This document shows, piece after piece, positions 12,291 through 25,059 of a stretch of DNA of 64,000 bases. Every line of letters begins with the position of its first letter. Positions within the stretch are counted from its first letter, which is position 1. The position numbers were made by a program, and so were the translations under genes. The notes under the pieces were generated by a model. It saw only the letters and a list, made by a program, of their open reading frames with translations, was not told where the DNA came from and made no database searches. The stretch lies in NCBI GenBank assembly GCA_973895155.1, contig OZ316893.1:2254420-2318419 (forward strand), given 5' to 3'. The stretch comes from Marsupella aquatica. Lineage: Eukaryota; Plantae; Marchantiophyta.

Positions 12291-13082
12291 CCGTCTTCGG
12301 GGGAACAATATGGAATTTTTAGGGTCCTAAACAAAAATAGTTGCTTTTCTTCAAATACAGCATCGTATTAACACAATGCCCGGGCGTTGTGTTCAAAGTT
12401 GATGCTGTGTTTGAATAGTTGACATTGTGTTAAAAATTGCACCCTCTATTTGAGAGAGATCCTGTTTTGTGTCTCCCACTACATTCTAAGCTGGAGCAAA
12501 ACTGAACAAAAAAAATTGTCCACAATTTTTGCAGCATCTGTAGCAATAGTTGCAACAATTTTTGGAGCAAAATTTCAGACACACGTACTCGACTGAAATG
12601 GCACTCAACAACTTTATTTCCTTGTGAAACTTCTTACATGAAAGTGAACACGCACAAAGTTAGAAATCAGATTCATTTGACAATGAATCTCTAAACTCCT
12701 ATGCTGACTTATCTCCTACAAATCAGTTCATCGAATTTGTGACAGGCTCTCCTTTCGGCAATAGGACAAATCCTCTTGGCTCTCTTCCCTTGTGTAATTT
12801 CAGTGTTTGAATTACCTACATATTCCCAAACACTTTCTTTAAGACATCAGCTATGTATATGACTTTTATTGGCGCCTACATCATAAATTAATCTCCAAAC
12901 CTTATACACAACGCCTAAACTCAAACACAAACGCCATTTTTTGAACACAACGCCGCAAGTGAAAAATCCAAAACCATGTGACAAAATTTGAACACAACGC
13001 CTAGGGCGCTATATTCAAATAGAGCACCCCCTGTCCTACTATTCAAATATAGCGCCTGGGTGTTGTGTTCGGAGGAAGACGG
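12291..13082. mobile_element. Tc1/mariner-pogo-type MITE with TA TSD
   Basis: TA|CCGTCTTC....GAACA on the left and TGTTC....GAAGACGG|TA on the right. Sub-terminal GAACACAACGCC / GGCGTTGTGTTC motifs. Excision restores the L1 reading (SDLST-RANVF). Confidence 0.85.
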
Positions 13083-14259
13083 TAGGGCTAATGTGTTTTA
13101 TGGAGGATTCTTGCTCAGGGGCTCTTCTCTTGCTCCAAGGCAAGGAAGATTTAGAAGTCTATTTGATTATGTATTCTTTGCCCTAAGGCGTTGGAGACAA
13201 TTCCTCATATATTTTCCTTTTGTTGGCATGCCAGGTCCTGTTGGGTGGAGGTTCATGGATGGCTAGCAAGCCAGCTCTGTTACCATGATTTGGACTTGGT
13301 TTGAACTGACACTATTTTCTGCAAGGAAGATGATTGTACAAACACTCCGGTTTGTTTTGTTTTGTATCAAGTTCTATGGAGCATCTGGCTAGCACAAAAT
13401 GGCAAGACATTTGCTCGACCAAGAGACATGTCTTTAATCAGCTACTTGTTACTTTTGAGATTTTTTACCATCTCCCTTTTGTGGCCGCCGCCTCAGCCTC
13501 TACCTGAAAGCTTGTCAGGTAGGGCCCTGTTAGAATCTGAGCATATCTGAATTCTGAGAAGTTGGGCAGTTAGGCTGGAATCGCTCTAAAGAAGGATTAA
13601 TAGGCCACCTGCTGTTTGGCTCTGAGCTTTGGGGTGAAGGACACTTACATAGACTTTCTACTCTGTTGGTTTGCCCCCTGTTTTCTGGTAGATGGTAGTA
13701 GGTTTCTCTTGACTTCAAATTGCCCTCTAATAAACTTTTTTTTTCTCTTATGCCTCTTGTGGCTTCTTTTGCCATCTGGCCTGCCGGGTCCCCCCATCCA
13801 TAGGGTTCAAGCGGAATAAAGAATATATTAAAAAATTAAAAAAAAGCCTTTTGTAACCATACCATTTTTGGTCACAGGTTTTTGCCAAGGCAAGAGGTGG
13901 ATGCCCAAGCTATCTTCCTGCTCTAGTGCCAGCCTTGTTGGCTTCTGCCACCCTATCTTCTGGGTCACCCAGGCCTCTTCCTTTTGGGGAGCCCCTTCAG
14001 GTGGGGTTTCAGCAAATGGAGTAGGATGAATCCTTCAAGGCAAAAGAATGGGTGCCTTTGAGTGTCAACCACAAAAACTTGCTGGAATAGTTTGTGGCGC
14101 AAATATTTTTGTTATTTTGATCAAAGTTTATAGAGTGGAGGAAATAAGCTTAAAGTGTTTATCACACAAAAATAGGAATATTTTGTGTGAATATTTTGTA
14201 TACATTAACAAAATATTCCATACATTAATAAAATAGGGGTATTTTATCTGGGCAACAAT

Positions 14260-15530
14260 GCACATGGCATCTAAAATTACAGTAACTTTAACCCATGAGT
14301 TTTTGGGGGGTTTCACTTCTAACATTGCAATAGGCATGGCTCTCCCAAATAGTTCTAGTATAAGGTGTGATTGAAGTCTACCATGTCTTTGACCTCCTCC
14401 TCAAAATGCTACCATAGGCCATAATTTTGTCACTAATAGCAATCATGAAGCTGGTCAATGAATTCCTGATTCCATCCTTGTGGTCCATCAAGTCTAGAAA
14501 TGCAAATATAGGATAATGACAGTCTGGGACAAGAATGTGAATAAAAGCTGATTGGTAGTAGCTGGGAAACTTTTATGATCATTCTGGGAGTAGGGTTCAG
14601 ACTATAACTCTAGCCCAGGTCAAATTTATATTACATAGATGTGGTACAAAAAAAAGTTACGGATCACAAGTTTGCTGACAAGAGATTATGGAAACAACAA
14701 ATACCTCGAAAAATGGTTACGCACAATTAACCTGTATTCCATTCCATATTCACAACACACTTGGCATCTGAAAATTAGGTAACCTTAACCCCACTATTTT
14801 AGGGTTTAACTTCTTGCAGTGCCATAGGCCTACTGTAGATTCTCCCACAATATGCATAGCATAATTTGTGATTGAAGCCTACCTCTCTTGACCTCCTCCT
14901 CAAAGTGACGCCATAGGCCATAAATTTTGTATGGAATAAAGGCTACAGTGGGACAACAATTTCTAGTCCACGTTCCTATTCTCATAATCTGGTGCCCGCA
15001 AATATACAGCTGGGGGTGTGGGGGGTATGTGTGTGTGTGTGTGGGTGGGGTGTAGTGGTGGGAGTATTGATTATCTCCTCAGCCCTGGTTGCCCACTTTG
15101 GGTTCTGGTTTAATCCTCTCTCCCTCCTGGTCTGGGTCCCTGTCGGATCCCTGGGTATTGTCCCCTTGTGGCTGCCCTACATAGAAATGCATGCTCCAAA
15201 GCAGGACGTCTATCCTCTGTTGGATGGGTCTGCTTTCGGTTTTCAAGACAAAAAATAAAATATACAGCTGGGTAATCTTTTTGGACAAGATTTTGGGTAC
15301 AGTGACCAAAGTCAAGGCAGGGTTCTTCATTGCCACCCTGCAACCTGAATGAATGTTCAAAAAAGCTCCCCTACCGCAATGGTCAGCTTATTCTCACATT
15401 GCAGGATTACAACCCAATACCCTGCCCAGACATCTATTATCCCAATTTTTGTGTCTCCAACAACAACTAAAAGGCTGGTCAATTTCTGAATCCATCCTTG
15501 TGGTCCATCAAGCCCTGAGCAAAAATGCAA
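14260..15530. repeat. Old local duplication (14260-14510 versus 14755-14930 and 15470-15530)
   Basis: Shared blocks GGCATCT.AAATTA..GTAAC.TTAACCC, TTGACCTCCTCCTCAAA..G...CCATAGGCCATAA and TCCATCCTTGTGGTCCATCAAG. Confidence 0.7.
15048..15197 (+). mobile_element. Dispersed repeat (SINE-like body), related to 54845-54990
   Basis: GGTGTAGTGGTG...GTCTGG.TCCCTGTC..ATCCC..GGTATTGTCCC.TTGTG.CT.CCC.ACA.A.AA.TGCATGCTCC is shared by both loci. Confidence 0.6.
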
Positions 15531-15951
15531 CAGGGCCAGTTACTGTAGTTCCTTCTCTCCTATCTAACTGTAGTTTCTTTGCTCTTTAACTGTAGTTGAG
15601 GGAACTAAACTGATCAGGAGCAGCGGGGGACGACGAGGGCAAAGAAAGGCTAGCAACGCAACAACGTACTTACGGCGGGCTCCATCCCATCCCATCCGAC
15701 CCCAACCCCATCCCAACCCCTCCCGTCCCGTCCGGTCCAGCCCTAAAGAATGGCGCCGAAGCAACCGATGGGGCCCGCGTGGTCCATCCCACGGCGTCAC
15801 CGTCTGCGCCGTGCCTCTCCCCGACTCGTGCTGCCCCACATAGCAAAGAAGGGTAGACGTCGCTCTGTGGGTCTCGTGCTGTCCATTGGCCCTTCGTGAC
15901 GTCCACTCGCCGTCAGGCGCTCGCACTTTTCTCGAAGGTTTGTTTCTGTCG

Positions 15952-16012
15952 CGAGAGAGAGAGAGAAGAAGAAGAAGAGGAAGAGGAAGAAGAGGAGGAG
16001 GACGAGAAGAAG
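15952..16012 (+). repeat. GA/GAA/GAG purine microsatellite in the probable RBP47 5' region
   Basis: GAGAGAGAGAGAGAAGAAGAAGAAGAGGAAGAGG...; a TGGGCC site-II-like motif lies upstream near 15768. Confidence 0.8.
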
Positions 16013-16631
16013 AGGGCGGGCGCTGGGCGCGGGATTTGTGTCGTTGGAGTGGGGCATTTCGGAGTGGGCATTTCGGATTCTGCTGCGTGCTGTTGGTGTG
16101 CGCACTGTGCCGCGGTTTTGTGGAAGTACTGTAGTAGTGGATGGAGAAAGCTTATTAATAACTCAGTATTCTTAGGAAGGAAGGGAGGGAGGGAGAGAGG
16201 ACGAGGATTGTGGAGCTACGAGCAGGGCGCAGTTTGATGGCCTAGAGCCGGGAGTGAGATAAAATAGATTACCTACCTTACCTCGGACCGGGAAGGAAGG
16301 GAGGAAAGGAAGGAGGAGAGCGAGTCGGGGGCGGGCGAGCGTTGCGTCGATGTGGTGATCTTGTGTCGCTTGTGAAAAGATAGCGTTGGAAAGAGTGGCG
16401 ACGAGTGAAAGCGGGGAGCTGGACGGGGTAGGGGTACATTTTGCGGTGCGTCGTGACTTCTGTTGTTGAGGTGGAGGGGAGTCAGGGTTTGGAACTGTGG
16501 AAGGGAGGTTTGCAATTAGCGGAAGGGAGAGTTGTAATTGGCTTGCGGACGTGACGTTGGTGCTGGCAAATTGAGGAGGAGCGGGAGGCAAAGGGCGAGG
16601 AGGGAGCTTGAAGACAGGAGAGAAGGCAAAG

Positions 16632-19600
16632 ATGATCCAGTCACCGGTAGGAGTTGGCCCCCTGACTCCGCAGACGGCTGACGGACAGCAGTGGATGAAT
16701 TTTCAGCCGCAGCAGCCACAGCAGCCTCACCAGGGCATGCAGCAGCAGCCCATGCAGTTGCAGCCCGGGCAGCTGCAGCAGACTCACGAAGAAGTCAAGA
16801 CTCTATGGGTCGGGGATTTGCAGTATTGGATGGACGAGACTTATCTGCACAGTTGCTTCGTACACACCGGTGATGTAAGTGATCACTTCATTAGCACATG
16901 TTAGGGTTGCTGATTAAAATCTTTGTTCTGTGAGTATGCTTTTGCCAGAAAACGACTGTCGTGCTGAGGGTTAGGGCTTTGCTGGACGACGGAGGGTTTC
17001 TACTAGATTGTTGTTTGCCCCCTTGTTTGTATGAGAGATAAAGATTAAACTGGCGGGTTTCTGTCCTGTCAGTAAATGCCATTTCCTTTCCCGTCAGTTT
17101 TGTACGGACGCTAGAGCAAGCAAGATCAATGGAGTTTGCTCTGGGCAGACGCTCCTTCTTCTTGGAACCGTGTCTTTTAGTGTATTTTTGGGAGAGTTTG
17201 TGTCTCGGTCAAGGCGGAAATGCCTTTTCGTTGAGTTGCAATGCCTTCTCAGGCCTCATTGCCTCTTTCCCTTTCATTTGCTCGTTGTGGTAAGGATGGT
17301 AGAAATTCTACATTCGATTGGGAAGCCGGTGCGGTTGGACGCTGTGCACAATAAAGTTTCTCCAGAGATGGCATTTGAACACGATTTTATTTCGCAGAGG
17401 TCGTCAATACGTCACTTATAGTTCCGCGCTGTTGTGAGACCCTTGGAAAATTGTAGGAGCTGCTCTGCTCCCTAACTCAAGTGTGCTACTTTTGGCGTTC
17501 ATTTTTCTCAGCTGAGAGATAATTGGTGTGGGTTGCATCTGTCTAGATCACTGGCCAGGTCTTTCGTACTAGCTGTCTTTTCCTTTGCTTAAATTCTTTT
17601 CTTGTCTTAGTTCATGTCCAGTATCTTCATCTTTTTCCCTTCTGGAAATGGTGTCCTCCGCTCCCACCTTTTCCAGTTGTAATGCCATTGGCCATTTTCA
17701 ATTACGTTTTGAAATCGCTGGAATGTACTGTTGTCGAGTGTTACAGTACACTAAGCGATAGTCGGAGACACGCCCTTACCTTCGCTAGAACGGCGCGGAT
17801 TCTGATTATTCGTTCGTTCCTAAGCCATTGGAGAGGACTAGAACTGGAGTTTGCGAAAATTACTAGGGTTTCCCTGCATTGTACATTAGGGTCTTGATTT
17901 CCAAGTGGGGTTGGGATTTGGTTTAGGGTAGTTGCGTTTTACTCGACGTTTCAGTTCCTCATTTTGAAACCCTTCTGTTTGTTTCCAGGTTTGCACCGTC
18001 AAAATCATTCGGAATAAGCAGACTGGTTATTCTGAAGGCTATGGCTTTGTAGAGTTTACGTCACATGCAGCAGCAGAGAAGATTCTGCAGGGTTACAACG
18101 GTTCGTTGATGCCTCAGACAGAACAGCCTTTTAGACTGAACTGGGCATCTTTTGGAATCGGGGAAAGGAGACCGGAGGCGGGTCCCGAGCATTCCATTTT
18201 CGTTGGCGATTTAGCACCCGATGTTACTGATTACATGTTGCAAGAGACGTTTCGTACGCGGTACCCATCCGTGAAGGGAGCGAAGGTGGTCACTGACGCT
18301 AACACTGGACGCTCTAAGGGCTATGGTTTTGTAAGATTCGGGGATGAGATGGAGCGAAATCTTGCCATGACTGAGATGAATGGCATTTACTGCTCGAGCC
18401 GACCAATGCGGATTAGTGCTGCTACTCCCAAGAAGTCCTTGGGTCCTGCTCAACAGATGAACACCAAAGGTGAGTGGGATCCATGAGCATAGTCTTTTGT
18501 TCTGACATCGTCATCCACTATTCTTATTTTGTTTTGATGTCTCTTTTTGATCGTTCTGAAGGTAGGCAGATCCGTTTCTAAAACTGACATCCATTGCAAT
18601 TGTTAAGTATATCATGACCTAATTTGATGACCTTCCTTGGAAAGGTTGGTACATATCTTCATACACTGCAAGCTTTTTGTGGTTGTAGTAACAATTATGT
18701 GTTAGTGTCTCCCACCATGGATCATCTTCTGGCCTTCTTTTGTATGGCTCATCCCTGTGAATCGTTTTCACATTATGCCATCTTCGTGCTTGGCGTAAGC
18801 CAGGTTCGACACAGTGACACGAGTAGAGCTCAGTTGAAGCTTTTGTATCCTTAGCCTTTGTGGGAGTGTTGAAAATCACCTTGCGATGCTACGCACAGTG
18901 GTCTATTTCCTGCCGTGCGCTTGACATGAGTAACTCGCCCTCAAGGTTTAATCCAGTGAGACTCGAAATTGGTCTCTCTACATCTGTTTTTGTCGACGTT
19001 AGCGCATTGTGCCACAGATGTGGTGATGCTGCCCTTTTTGTCTACATCGTGAGTTACCGACACGTGCAAGTTTTACCTATTGGCAAGCTTATAAGACTCA
19101 TGTGTTGCGAAGCAGGAGGGCAAGAAGCTTTCTTCACAATTGGGTTCTGGAACAGAATCCTTCAACCGGAAAGCACGTTCTGTAGTGGGTGACCTCTAAT
19201 TTAGGTCAGTTTTTGTGTGTTGCGTGGTTTCTGTGTAATTTCCATATTGATGCGCCTCACTGGAATTCGCCTGAGCCATCTGTCTTTTTGGGTGCGGTTG
19301 CAAGGAGCTCATACATTCTCGTCGCGTGCTTCCTTTGCCCTTATTTGCCTATTTAGCCCAATCCTTGCTCCGCTTTCTGGAGGCTACTAGATACTGAAAA
19401 TCGTCCTCTTTCTCTGTGGTGTCACGACCTGTTTTATCTGCAGCAAGATGTAGAGAGAACACGTTTACAGGGACACCGCAGGTGAAGTACGCCTCTGATT
19501 CTTTTTTCTTCCTGGTTGCTATCCTCAGTATACCTCATTGGAAAGAGAATTCGTTCTTAGTCAAGATTTAGCAATCCTGATCACAACTGCAGACCCCCTT

Positions 19601-22600
19601 AAAAGGTTGCTGCGAGTACTTGTTCCTGCGTAAATCCTAACTACAAACAAGATGTGGATGTGATTGTTGCCGACGATCTGATAGCGATGCGTTGAATCTG
19701 ACTTGTTATTTTAGTTTGGTCCAGTCGGCTGCTGCCAGTAACAATGCAAGTGAAACCAGTTGTCCGGGAACGTGACGTATATTGAGTTGTTTGTACAGTC
19801 TCACCTGCTGCGGCTCCATATCAAGCACCGCAAGCGTATGGTGTGCCACCAGCTGCTCCTGCGTTCGCAACTGACAATGATCCAAACAATACAACTGTAT
19901 GTTGCAGCGTGAGGACCTCTTGAAGTACTCGAGGAGCATCCACTGGACAGTTTGCATTTGTTTAAGTCAGAACTTGTGGGGTGTTTTGATTTGTTGACTG
20001 CGCAGGGTCCAGTTGAAAGGAGTGTCATGTAACAGGTTTTGCGCTGAATTCTAAGAAGGATATATTATGTCACAGCACTTGTCTTTATTAAATATTCCTT
20101 CGTGTGTCAAATGATTTTGCAAGTGGGAGTAATTTTCTTGCGTCCGTCTGCCTCATTGTCGTCAGTTTTTTGTGTTGATGGTCGTATTGATCTCTGTAGC
20201 GATTTTAGTTTGAGATCTTAGGATAGTAGCAGTTGAGAAGTGATGCTGCCCTTTTGTCCTGATGGTGAGACTTCGGTTTGTCTCTACAGATTTTTGTTGG
20301 TGGATTGGATCCCAGTGTAACAGATGAAGATCTAAGACAAGTTTTTTCGCAATTTGGAGATCTCGTCTATGTGAAGATTCCCTTGGGCAAGGGCTGTGGA
20401 TTTGTGCAGTTCACCCACAGGTTCTGCACTTTAATATACCCGTTCGTTCTGAGTGATTTCAGTAGGCTAAGCACTCATCTCTCATTGTTTTGATACTGTC
20501 AGAAAGTTGCTTGATTTCATAGTTCTCACCAAAACGTTGGTAATTTTGCAGAGCTTGTGCCGAGGAAGCGTTGCAAAGGCTACATGGTACTGTGATAGGG
20601 CAGCAGGCTATCCGTTTGTCATGGGGTCGCAGTCCTGGCAACAAGCAGGTTTCACAGGATGTATGATTTTCCCATACCTTGACTCCTCTGATGGTTGTTT
20701 CTGTCTGTACTAAATTATGATGTCTCGTGCCATTTCGGTGTGGTTGGTACGGGTTCCACGAGGGTCGTTAGTTTTATCACTGCAGAGATGTAGAGCGGTC
20801 CGATAACTTATTTCTGATCCTGTTGTGAGAAGGTTGTCAGTTTTTTGTTCACGTGTTTTCATAATGCTTCTTAAAGAAGTGAAAAACAGTTTTGAAGGCC
20901 TGTGATACTTACGGTCTAGAGTATGGGGATGATGCCAGTTCTTCGGTTGGCTTAGTTGCTGATGAGATTCTCCTTCACAGGGACAGCCTGCTGGGTGGGG
21001 TCAGCCGCAACAAGATCCGAGTCAGTGGAACGGTGGATATTATGGATATCAGCAGGGTTACGAAGGGTATGGGTATGCACAACCTCCTCAGGATCCAGGA
21101 GCATATACTTACGGCAACTACCCAGGATATGGAAATTACCAACAGCAGGTAAGCTAGATTTAATATCCAAGCGCTTTGCTGGGTATGAAGCTGGCCCCAA
21201 GCTTGCTGGTCAGTGCAGGGCTCTGAAGAAACTTCTGAGTTGTGTTTATGTTTGGTTATATCTTTAGTTGAGGCCGAGACACCTCATTTGACAAGAAGTA
21301 TAGCAATGTAAGCTTTGCCACACGAGGTGGTGGGAAGCAGGAATGATACCTCATATGAAATACACCTTCAGTTCAGTATATGAGGCTGAAGAGGGAAACT
21401 TTTTTCTAGCTCGCTGTATAACTCTTCTAGTGTGTCCAACTAATGAGGAGCAGGTTTTAATCTTCTAACTGGAGTCAATAGCTGCAAGTGGGAGTCGCTA
21501 GGGTTACATGGTCTTTCATACGGCAAACTACATGAATCACTCGGTATGCTTTTAGCATGGGAGGGTAACCATTTTGAGGTGGTCTTGAGGTGTTCTGGTA
21601 GGAATGTATATGAAACAGTTGAAAACGCTCAGCTGTAGAGAGTAGATGCCCTTGTGTAGTATCATTTGTGATAACGACTGAAGAGTAGCCTGTGTTGAAG
21701 TAGTGGCATTGCCAGCAGCAATACATACAACCGTAGTTAAGTTGTGCGTATGTGTATCAACATTATCATTTGATCTGCTGTCTTCAATGCTCTCTCAGAA
21801 TATGGTCCTTTTCAAGTGTTTACATTGTATCGGTTAGAACTTGTGTTATGGCCCTTGGAACGTTTTGTCAATTTGGCAAATGTTTTAGATTTATGTAACT
21901 GGTGTGCGCGTAGGGAACACTGCATACTGGCAGACATTCTAAACGAATTGTTGAGTTTTAAAGGAAATGTGAGTCATGATAATCTTCTGCGCTTCATTAA
22001 GAGGGAACAAATTTAAAATTGTTTGTCGCGTAGCTTGATAAAGGATTTCACATGAGGCCATTCTGCTCCTCTGTTGCTTTGTTCTGCTTGCGCTGCATGT
22101 AATTAGAGTGAGAGTCAGGCTGGAATAGCACCTGCTTCAATCACCAACTCTGCTGTCGAACAGAAGGAGGAAGAAATCTTCGACCCTCTGGCACTTCCTG
22201 ATATTGACAAGTGAGTTCAGGAGATGAGATACGTTCTCTGATTTGACCTTGTGTGAAGGTGATGTGTTGTTTGGGATAGGGCTTTTATAACTTAGTCTGA
22301 AGGTGGACCCCCAGGAAATTACTAGTTTCTCTTCCTCCATTTTTAGATCAAGCCGTATTTGGTGGCGTTGCTACGTTGTAAAGTCACTGTGCCACATCTG
22401 GAAGGTTTTGGTGCTCTTGGAACTAGTCGGACACTTCTGGTGGTTGGCTGCCTAGCCTGCAGTAGAGCTTGTGAAGGATAGATGCATTTGGGTGAAAACT
22501 CGTAGTCATCTAGTATTTTAAGATCCTTATGTTTGACAATGTCTCTGCAGATTGAATGCAGCATACATTGCCGTCCATGAGGCCCCGTTACTGGGCCGGC

Positions 22601-22641
22601 ACCTGTGGTTGAAGACAACTGAACAAGCGCAACCTGCTTAA
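16632..22641 (+). CDS. RBP47: Polyadenylate/U-rich RNA-binding protein RBP47 (RBP47B'-type), Q-rich N-terminus plus 3 RRMs, about 470 aa
   Basis: Exons 16632-16874, 17989-18469, 19799-19896, 20290-20420, 20552-20648, 20981-21148, 22107-22210, 22551-22641; all GT-AG and phase-consistent. Motifs KTLWVGDLQYWMDE, KIIRNKQTGYSEGYGFVEF, FRLNWA, IFVGDLAPDV, RSKGYGFVRF, DPNNTTIFVGGLD, RLSWGRSP, DPLALPDIDKLNAAY. An alternative stop at 21157 is used if intron 6 is not spliced. Confidence 0.93.
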
Positions 22642-24321
22642 TCTAGATAGCTCGTGATCACGCCTCTTCTTTTTGAGGAAAGGGGTTCAACAGTCAGACT
22701 AGCGAGCAGTAGAGAAGACATATTTCTAACTTTTAGGTAACGGTAGTTTTACCTGTACCATGGTGTTTAGGTTGTTGGATAACAGGAATGTAGTAGACAC
22801 AAAGGAGCTGCTACGCAGTAGAAGTCCTGGCTTGAACCAAGGCAGTTTTTGAGCACTTGTTGACCATGTCTATCACCAAGGCTTCTGTGCCAAATCATGA
22901 GGTAGCGTTCCATCTAGGTATTCGTTACCGAGAGCATCAGGGACAACAAACCGAATCTGTGGTCATGTACGGTACATGCCACAAGTTAGTGTTAGCGCTG
23001 CACTTCCTAAATGATCCTGATGACAGACGATCCGAAGTCATTCCTGGGGTGTGCTGTGCTGTCCTGGTGTTTCTTCTTATAACATTTTAGCATGGTAGTG
23101 GTGCAGTCTGGATATACAATACACGACGTAAGCAGTTCATGGTGAAGTAGTTGTGTATGTAACGCGAATTATACATCATGACTCTAATGAGATCGTAGCA
23201 AAACGCACTTCTCCTTATTTTTGATGTAGCTAGGTCAAGTTGGTGCTAGAGTCAGGCTGCGTCTTTTGTTTCGCAGAGCTTGCAGAAAATATAGTGTCTT
23301 AAGATAAGGACTATAGTAAAGATACCCGCTTTTGTAAGAAAATGAATGGCGAGAACTCACAATTGTTCCACGTTGCAAGACGGCTTGTATCCAGTGAAAT
23401 TTGTAGTTTGTGGGTCCAAACTCTTGGGCCAGCTCTGCGTTTTTGTGATCCGTTAGGATGTTACTTTGATAGCTAGATTCAATGAATCTCAAGCTACACG
23501 ACCCTGGGGCCCAGCCAGCCCAACACCAGTGGGAATCAGTTTTGGAGAGGCTTGCAGTGTCACTCCTATTGTCATGATTTTGAGCCCCTGGGTTTCTGTG
23601 TGGTTGTTTGAATTACATCTCCCTCGGGCTCAGTCGAGCACTGTGTGAATTAGCGTCTGAGAGGTTGCAAAGTTTGTCCGTCGTGGTGGGTGAGAATCAT
23701 AGCATGGAACACTTCCATAATACCACGACGACACTTCAACAACACCATACCTTAGCCTAGCTGCACAAAATCTTTAGATGCTCACGAGAATCATAGCATC
23801 AACATCTTCACAAGGAGAACACTTTCACAAAAAGGCAAGCTAGCTCCACTCTTGCATATACTAGAAGAGTTTTTTACAACAATCTTGTCAGGGTATTGGC
23901 TATATAAAGCTAACCGTACGTTCTTACTGAATCTTGTAAATCATGGAGTTCACAAAGTAAGAGTTCCAAATAGACGATTCTAAAATGAACTTATCTAGAC
24001 CCTAAATTTCTAAAGGATTGTACTCAAGCAACATGCCAGCCAAAACTCAATGAAGTCCTGTATAATATGAGCCCTTTAATATTTCTGTAAAATGCAGGTG
24101 ACAGGATTTAGAAGAAATCTTTTCTAACCACACTAATAAGATAGTGCCAGCAAAATATGTCTCAAAACACAACAATTGAGACAACATGCACCCAAGATGA
24201 TGTTGAGTAAAGACCACCCAAGATGCTGTTGAGTAAAGACCCTATTCATTAGATGACATGACATGTACAACATCCAACAGTGTCCAAGAGTGGTTGACAT
24301 ATGAAATACATGATTCATTTC

Positions 24322-24515
24322 ACCAAGGTTATATTCATGAGAACACACAAGAAAACTATATTGAATTCTAAATCTATCAGCCAGACTAAGCTTTTCTAAT
24401 CTCTTCACTTCACCAAAGGTTATATTCATGAGAACACACAAGAGAACTATATTGAATTCTAAATCTATCAGCCATACCAAATATCCAGAGACTAAGCTTT
24501 TCCAATCTCTTCACT
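24322..24515. repeat. Tandem duplication of about 91 bp
   Basis: AAGGTTATATTCATGAGAACACACAAGA.AACTATATTGAATTCTAAATCTATCAGCCA occurs twice. Confidence 0.85.
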
Positions 24516-25059
24516 GGCTCCCTAATAACGAGACTAAGTTCCATCCACTAACTAAGTCTTGCTTTTGAATATGATTGTAACACATTTAACCATAACTCAA
24601 CATTTAACTATGCTTTGATTAAGTGCACTTATAGTAACTCAAGACCTACTAGCAAATGCCTAATAGATGAGACTGCTATCAATCCAAGTGTCAAAACTTA
24701 GAAAAGGAAACTAATCAATAAAGAGAAAAGTGGTAGAGTTGCAATCATTGACAAAAGAAAATGCTGACTCTTGCAAGTTTGCATTTGCCCTCTTCTTTTG
24801 AGTTTTGTGTTCATCCTCTCTAGACCTTTTTAGTAAATAGGTCCTGTTCTGTCTACGTCTGAGGAGACAATATCTTGTAACACATTGTAGTGCCACACAG
24901 AAAGCATTGAAGATTATAAGATTGTAAACTCTAGCCCAACTACCTCTGAATGCAAAGGAAGGGATCCTTGTACCCAGAGTCCCATGCCCATATGTACTCA
25001 CAAGCATAGTCTAAATAAGTTTTTGGGGTATCCAAATAATTATGGCCTATGGTTAAGTG

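Larger units (their letters stand above)
5320..13845 (+). mobile_element. 5'-truncated L1-type LINE relic, split by the Copia (5940-12100) and MITE (12291-13082) insertions
   Basis: SLVAWDKLVRPKLDGGL at 5351-5401 (L1 ORF2 W..v..PK..GGL motif). WDMVWKTVWTSDLST|RANVF.WRI reads across the MITE (zf-RVT-like). YQVLWSIWLAQNGKTF near 13365 (W.IW..RN...F). AATAAA at 13815 and an A-rich tail at 13830-13845. The 5' boundary is approximate. Confidence 0.75.

Noticed and set aside
15564-16719. Overlapping ORFs upstream of RBP47
   Set aside because: GC- and purine-rich promoter/5'UTR sequence that is depleted of stop codons; no homology recognised.
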